Shown piece after piece: positions 58,788 to 64,000 of a stretch of 64,000 nt of DNA. Numbering within the stretch: position 1 is the stretch's first letter; every line of letters starts with the position of its first letter. A model generated the notes under the pieces. The model worked only from the letters and a program-made list of their open reading frames with translations. It was not told the DNA's origin and did no database searches. Where the stretch lies: assembly GCA_964412585.1 (NCBI GenBank), contig CAYPPJ010000001.1, positions 17,995 through 81,994 of the forward strand. The letters run 5' to 3'. Both the position numbers and the translations under genes were made by a program. The DNA comes from an uncultured Candidatus Saccharibacteria bacterium (lineage in GTDB: Bacteria > Patescibacteriota > Minisyncoccia > Phycocordibacterales > PALSA-1337).

Positions 58788-59936
58788 CTATTTTACTAAA
58801 CTGTGAACAGCCAACACGTACAATCCAGTCAATCGCAATCGTTCCGCATGAGTTCCATATGATACATACGGTGTAATCTGATCAATATCAAGTATCTCTG
58901 GTGATGATTGCGGATATGCAGTCTTAAAACTTTCTACAAAAAAATCTTCGTGCGTACGAGCGGAGATAATAACTTTTGCTGGAACTGCTTCAGGCGTTGA
59001 GCTTGTTTTGAGAAGTTTTTTGAACTCACCCGTCCATCCCTGCTGCATGTTGACTATTGCTGCTGATTCTTTTTTTGCTTGAGTAGCATCAATATCTTTT
59101 TTCATGACTAAATTGAGGGTCGATTCGGCAGCATCATCACTCGTATTAGTCTCTTTGGCTATACTTCGGATGATATGCTGTACACCAAACGGGTAGGAAC
59201 CAAAAAAAGAGCACGAGTGGGCATGAATAATGGCAACGTCCGTCAATTCCCCATGAATATGGATAAGTGCATAATCTGAGACATTCGGGACGATCTTTTG
59301 AATACTGAGATGCTGTAGAAAAAGTGACGAATGGAACTGTATATGATCCTTGTGACGTACAATACTCTCGACTGATTCGATGAATTTATCAATCATACGG
59401 CCTCCAGCAATACTTACCACAAATGAAACACCGAGCTCCTTGGTGTGACGACTCTCCCAGGATGCCACAGAATACCCATTGAGCCTAACATCAAATACCT
59501 TCTCCTCAATCACTCGGATATCGTCGGCGGCACTAGAAGTCATCTTTGAACGTTCCTCCCAGATAATACCGCTCACGTAGGCGCGACTCACCGCAGTATC
59601 TTCTTTGAACGATGTAGAAATTGTTTTTGCTTGAGAAACAGTCCACGGAGAAGAGAGGACAAAATGTACGGATGAAATACGATGGGGTAATTCACTCGCA
59701 TTCACTTCTGACTGAAGGTTGGCTCGCACCGCTTGAACTATTTCTTCAACTCCCCGTAGTGCCATCTTGATCAAATAACCACTACCACCATCAGGTTTGT
59801 AAGGAATGGAAACATTGTGTGTGTACAAGATTGTAGGAATTGCGCCTGCGTGCATGTGTACCAATGATCCACGAACAACGGAACTCTGAACGTCGATAAT
59901 GAGCATCAATTCATTCTGTGAACTTGAGAAAAGCAT
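58788..59936 (-). CDS. Divergent FtsA/PilM-like actin-fold protein
   Basis: IIDVQSSVV, LNGY, LIHIHGELTDV (cf. DIGGGTTD), FG......IA, AE. Confidence 0.6.
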   Translation of the reverse strand: MLFSSSQNELMLIIDVQSSVVRGSLVHMHAGAIPTILYTHNVSIPYKPDGGSGYLIKMALRGVEEIVQAVRANLQSEVNASELPHRISSVHFVLSSPWTVSQAKTISTSFKEDTAVSRAYVSGIIWEERSKMTSSAADDIRVIEEKVFDVRLNGYSVASWESRHTKELGVSFVVSIAGGRMIDKFIESVESIVRHKDHIQFHSSLFLQHLSIQKIVPNVSDYALIHIHGELTDVAIIHAHSCSFFGSYPFGVQHIIRSIAKETNTSDDAAESTLNLVMKKDIDATQAKKESAAIVNMQQGWTGEFKKLLKTSSTPEAVPAKVIISARTHEDFFVESFKTAYPQSSPEILDIDQITPYVSYGTHAERLRLTGLYVLAVHSLVK

Positions 59937-60020
59937 TACCGATTATTATATCATAAGAAAAAAGTGGCTATCCGAAGCGAAGACAACTGGAGCGAGTTTC
60001 ATGCCAATGAGCAGGAGACC

Positions 60021-61877
60021 CTATTCCAGGACAGCCTTAATCCTCCTCACCCCTTGTGAACTTGCCTCCTCTTTTTGAATTTTGAATTTCCACTTCCCTT
60101 CTGGACCAGCCAATTCTTTCGTATTTTTTACATGAGGGCCACCACAAAACTCCTTCGAATACGCGGTTTCTAGATTATCACCTATATAGTAAATAGAAAT
60201 CTCATCGCCATATTTTTCTCCAAAGAAATGTCGCGCACCAGTTTTTTCTGCTTCTGCACGAGGCAAGACTACATTATTCATTGGTAGCGCTGCGGCAATT
60301 TTTTCATTCACTATATCTTCTACACGCTTTTTTTGCTCATCTGTCAGCTTTACACCAGTAAAATCAAAACGCAAACGCTCAGCAGTGATGTTCGATCCTT
60401 TTTGATCACCTTCATTTTCTCCGAGGACATCGTGAAGGGCTTGGTGCAGAAGATGTGTTGCGGTGTGATAACGAACAACCATTGGGTCATGCGCATCAGC
60501 AAGGCCACCTTTGAATTTTTGTTCAGCACCGGCACGAGAGAGGTCTTGGTGTTTTTTAATTAATTCATTAACGAGATCCTTATTGAAAGTAATGCCCTTT
60601 TCTTTGCATATCTCTTCAGTAAGTTCAATTGGAAAACCATATGACTGATAAAGGTCAAATACAATATCTGCCGGAATTTCTTTTATTTTAATTGGGGGAA
60701 GGCTGACATGCACAATTTTTTGTTCCAAAATTTTAATGCCGTGTGCAAGTGTCTCGCGGAATTTAATTTCTTCATCCTTGATTGGACTGCCCACAGAAAG
60801 ACCTTGGTGACCGCCCCTAACAGTTTGTGAATATATCTGGCCATAGATACTTTGAACAACCTCTACAAGTGCTATGAGTGAAGTAGCTGGGTCCATTTTC
60901 AAAATGTCAGAATGACGCACCGCTCTACGAATAAGCTTGCGTAATACGTACCCTCTATCGGAATTTGAAGGTAGGACCCCGTCAGCAACCAGGTGAACTG
61001 CGGCCCTGACGTGATCCGCAACAATGCGCGCAGAAACAACGTCCCAATTTTTTGAAAGCTCCTTGATCTTATCCATCACCGGCTTCAACAAGTCTGTATC
61101 ATAAATGTTATCAACTCCCTGCAATGTCATAGCCAGACGTTCAAGCCCTGCTCCTGTATCCACAGATGGCTTCGGCAATTTTCCAACAATCTTTCCATCT
61201 TTCTTCTCATACTGCATGAAAACATCGTTCCAAATCTCAACCACCACACGATCATCGTCAGCCTTGATATATTCTTCCTGAGTGATTCCTCTCCCGCCAA
61301 ATTCGTTTTTGATATCATAAAACATTTCTGTGTCAGGACCACAGGGACCATTGTCTCCCGCCTCCCACCAATTGGTCTTGGCTCCTCGGAAGAATATGCG
61401 CTCACCTTCGACGCCATTCTTTTTGAAAATGTCACTCCAGATAGCCGCTGCCTCATCATCCTTTGGCGCATTCTCATCTCCTTCAAACACAGTCACGTAC
61501 AAACGTCTCGGATCAAGTCCAAGGCCTTCTTTTGGATCAGTGAGAAATTCGTAACTCCAATTGATCGCTTCTTTTTTGAAATAATCACCAAGCGACCAGT
61601 TGCCGAGCATCTCAAAAAAAGTCGCGTGAGTCTTGTCGCCAATATCATCAATATCCACTGTACGAACGCATTTTTGGACATCAACAAGCCGAACCCCTTG
61701 CGGATGAGTTTTACCAAGTAAATATGGAACCAATGGCTGCATGCCGGCGGTATTGAACAACGTTGAGTTGGTTACACCCTTTTCGTCTGGCGTGACCAAG
61801 GATGCAGATGGAATAACCGCGTGTCCACGCTTTTCAAAAAAAGATAGAAACCGAGAGCGAATCTCTGATGAGTTCAT
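60021..61877 (-). CDS. alaS: Alanine--tRNA ligase (lacks C-Ala domain)
   Basis: LF..AGM, QKCVR, TFFEMLGN.S.GDYFK, GPCGP, EIWN.VF, DTG.GLER, HTATHLL, RFDF, EFCGGPHV, GVRRI. Confidence 0.97.
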   Translation of the reverse strand: MNSSEIRSRFLSFFEKRGHAVIPSASLVTPDEKGVTNSTLFNTAGMQPLVPYLLGKTHPQGVRLVDVQKCVRTVDIDDIGDKTHATFFEMLGNWSLGDYFKKEAINWSYEFLTDPKEGLGLDPRRLYVTVFEGDENAPKDDEAAAIWSDIFKKNGVEGERIFFRGAKTNWWEAGDNGPCGPDTEMFYDIKNEFGGRGITQEEYIKADDDRVVVEIWNDVFMQYEKKDGKIVGKLPKPSVDTGAGLERLAMTLQGVDNIYDTDLLKPVMDKIKELSKNWDVVSARIVADHVRAAVHLVADGVLPSNSDRGYVLRKLIRRAVRHSDILKMDPATSLIALVEVVQSIYGQIYSQTVRGGHQGLSVGSPIKDEEIKFRETLAHGIKILEQKIVHVSLPPIKIKEIPADIVFDLYQSYGFPIELTEEICKEKGITFNKDLVNELIKKHQDLSRAGAEQKFKGGLADAHDPMVVRYHTATHLLHQALHDVLGENEGDQKGSNITAERLRFDFTGVKLTDEQKKRVEDIVNEKIAAALPMNNVVLPRAEAEKTGARHFFGEKYGDEISIYYIGDNLETAYSKEFCGGPHVKNTKELAGPEGKWKFKIQKEEASSQGVRRIKAVLE

Positions 61878-61914
61878 GGCAGGATAGTATCACGAATTAC
61901 TTGAAAAAGTAACA

Positions 61915-62175
61915 TTATTCACCCCCAATATAGAATAGAATCGTAAGCATGACGACAAGAAACAAGGCGACCCACAACACAACCTCGCTCGCTGTATAGA
62001 AATGTTTGTGGGTCGGTAATAGATCAGTGCGCACACGTTTGTCGTGAACAGCAAAGGCGTTATCAATCTGTTCCTTGCTCCAACCACCCGCCTGGAGGCT
62101 CACAATGAGTGAATTGCGCGGAATCCCTTGGCGAAGTTGACTGTCAACGTAATGTGTAAATTCTTCAGGCTTCAT
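61915..62175 (-). CDS. Small hypothetical membrane protein
   Basis: YV......G.....I...L...GW....ID.A helical motif plus C-terminal TM. Confidence 0.6.
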   Translation of the reverse strand: MKPEEFTHYVDSQLRQGIPRNSLIVSLQAGGWSKEQIDNAFAVHDKRVRTDLLPTHKHFYTASEVVLWVALFLVVMLTILFYIGGE

Positions 62176-62207
62176 ACGTGTATCTATTATACACCAAATG
62201 GAGCAAG

Positions 62208-64000
62208 CTAGTTCATCTTCTTGATCCAGGCACGGTATTTCTTGTCCATATCCTCAAAACTAACCTTATTATCAGCGATTTTCTTCTTGCCATGCACCAT
62301 ATTGATACGACCATCAAGATCGACTGGCCCTGTATATGCCTTGACCGACTGTAGTCTGAGTATACGAGCTTGTGCAGTTTTGAGAATCTCATCAACCGAA
62401 CGAGTAACCTCATGAATGAACGCATCTGGACTCAATTTTTTGCCCGTAGCCATAGCTACCAGCTTTTTTGCCGGATATGACGAAGCATATGACCACATCT
62501 TAGTCATCTCCTTGCCTACATTAGGGTTGTCCACAATGTATCCGTATTTCTTGAAAAAATACTCACGCCACTGAGATACGCCGAGCTCAGCCAAGCCATA
62601 CCCGTGATAGTACGCAGAACTTTCCCACGAATAAATATGTGGGACATTGAGAATGCCAATAGTGTCCTCAGACCGGTCAAAGTACGTACGGGCAACTTTT
62701 CTCGCAATGTCGAGAACTTTTGTGCGGGTGAGATTCTTTGTCTCATATATTTCTTTCTCAAAAAAGATGACAAAGCAGATACTCATCATATCGAGAGGCA
62801 TCAACGGTTGAAGTTTACGCACCTTGCGTTCATAGAGGTCAAATGGGTATGGTTCGCCTTTTTCGTTCTTCACATACCGCATACGCCATTCGATACTGCT
62901 CGAAATCGTATCCATAAACATACTATGGGTCTCCGCCCACGAAACTGACGAAGGTGGATATTCTGAGTTAACGCAGGCATCCTTTTGGGTCGAACAGAGC
63001 CTGTCAGCTGCGTGACCTGCCTCATGAAATACTGTATGAATACCTTGAACACCTGATCCAACCTGATCAGCAATAGCATCCGACGTAAAATTGGCCGAAC
63101 CAGGAATACGTTTGTTGCCCTTATACTCTACAAGCTTTGGGTAATGGCAAAATCCATTGTTATGCTTCCCTTTTCTATCCAGGAGATCGAGAGTGACTGT
63201 GCCACCGTTGAAACCGACACCGAGTGCTGCAAATGATCTGCCCCAGTAGGACAACACGTTTTCAAATCTAAAATACGGATCTTCTTCTTTAACAAAATCT
63301 CCCGTCATCATATAGGCGAAGTTCCATGGCTTGCGTAGTCCGGGCATTGTATTCTCAAGGTCGCGGATGCTTTTAAATCCGTACTTCGTTTTTTCATAGA
63401 TATTTTCAAAAATCGAAAAGAGTTCTTTTTTGGTCATATCTTCATCAATGCGAGCCTTGTATTCGTAGAAATCAGAAAAACCGAGGGCTCGTGCAAATTC
63501 GTTGCGAACGTTGATGACAGCAATATATTCGTCTAAATAATCGAGTGGTAACTTCTCGAGGGCGTCAAAACAAGCTTTTCTAACACTCTCACTTGGATGC
63601 GTACGCATCAACACCCGCATACGGTTCTCGGAGGCCTCAACAAATGTACTCGTGACTGGGTCAATATACCCTTCGGTTCGGGCCGTCCTTTTTTGCGCAA
63701 TCTTATTTTCAAGATCAAGGGCTTTCTTTTTGAGTGGCAACGCATGAGCTGGTGTTTGGTACAAATCAAAAAAATGATTCCACTGTTTGAGGCGAGTCTC
63801 GTTTTCACCAGTCGCCTTTTTGAGGTAGAGAATCGTTTCTGCTTTGAGGTCGGCATCTGCCCTAAAAGCATCGCGAGCCAACTGGGCTTCATTCATCTTT
63901 GTATCGACACTATGGTCACCCATATTTGAGAGCCAAAAATAATCCTCATATGTCGTATGAAGTTTGTTGTATGTTGTGTTGAGATAATTGAGAAAATCTG
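62208..64000 (-). CDS. M3/M32-like oligoendopeptidase (5' end outside window)
   Basis: [31 protein letters not shown]; frame stays open to the window edge. Confidence 0.85.
   Translation of the reverse strand, partial: DFLNYLNTTYNKLHTTYEDYFWLSNMGDHSVDTKMNEAQLARDAFRADADLKAETILYLKKATGENETRLKQWNHFFDLYQTPAHALPLKKKALDLENKIAQKRTARTEGYIDPVTSTFVEASENRMRVLMRTHPSESVRKACFDALEKLPLDYLDEYIAVINVRNEFARALGFSDFYEYKARIDEDMTKKELFSIFENIYEKTKYGFKSIRDLENTMPGLRKPWNFAYMMTGDFVKEEDPYFRFENVLSYWGRSFAALGVGFNGGTVTLDLLDRKGKHNNGFCHYPKLVEYKGNKRIPGSANFTSDAIADQVGSGVQGIHTVFHEAGHAADRLCSTQKDACVNSEYPPSSVSWAETHSMFMDTISSSIEWRMRYVKNEKGEPYPFDLYERKVRKLQPLMPLDMMSICFVIFFEKEIYETKNLTRTKVLDIARKVARTYFDRSEDTIGILNVPHIYSWESSAYYHGYGLAELGVSQWREYFFKKYGYIVDNPNVGKEMTKMWSYASSYPAKKLVAMATGKKLSPDAFIHEVTRSVDEILKTAQARILRLQSVKAYTGPVDLDGRINMVHGKKKIADNKVSFEDMDKKYRAWIKKMN

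Noticed and set aside
1-64000. Alternative genetic code (UGA recoding)
   Set aside because: Core genes translate full-length in code 11, and TGA is used as a stop (for example scpA).

Overview
Chromosomal segment of a Candidate Phyla Radiation bacterium, most likely Parcubacteria. Support: genetic code 11, L9 present, trimmed aminoacyl-tRNA synthetases, the FtsA-like/baseplate-J-like gene pair, GxAW..GW-repeat surface protein and scarce Shine-Dalgarno sites. Most of the window is housekeeping: murF, tRNA-Glu, valS, rpsP-khpA-trmD, rpoBC, truB, typA, scpAB-ftsW-murG, gltX, rpmA, rplI, cysS, trpS, dnaJ-dnaK-grpE, infA to rpsI, alaS. Single accessory genes with their own promoters and terminators are interleaved among these. 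The strongest unannotated signal is a 56-bp promoter module found three times with identical geometry: four 11-bp direct repeats (TCTYHAK), a 10-nt spacer and TGn-TATnnT. It precedes (i) a 70-nt tRNA-like cloverleaf RNA, (ii) a compact type IV pilus/T2SS-like operon and (iii) a small coiled-coil gene, which suggests an uncharacterised regulon. The cloverleaf and a second, partly complementary small RNA lie tail-to-tail with a membrane-anchored bPH_2-Schlafen/AlbA_2 nuclease gene. Other highlights: two Verrucomicrobia-like accessory genes, a double-prepilin ORF, widespread leaderless-type starts, a rifampicin-insensitive-type RpoB pocket and a CorA lacking GMN. All family calls are motif recognition by eye; no database searches were run.
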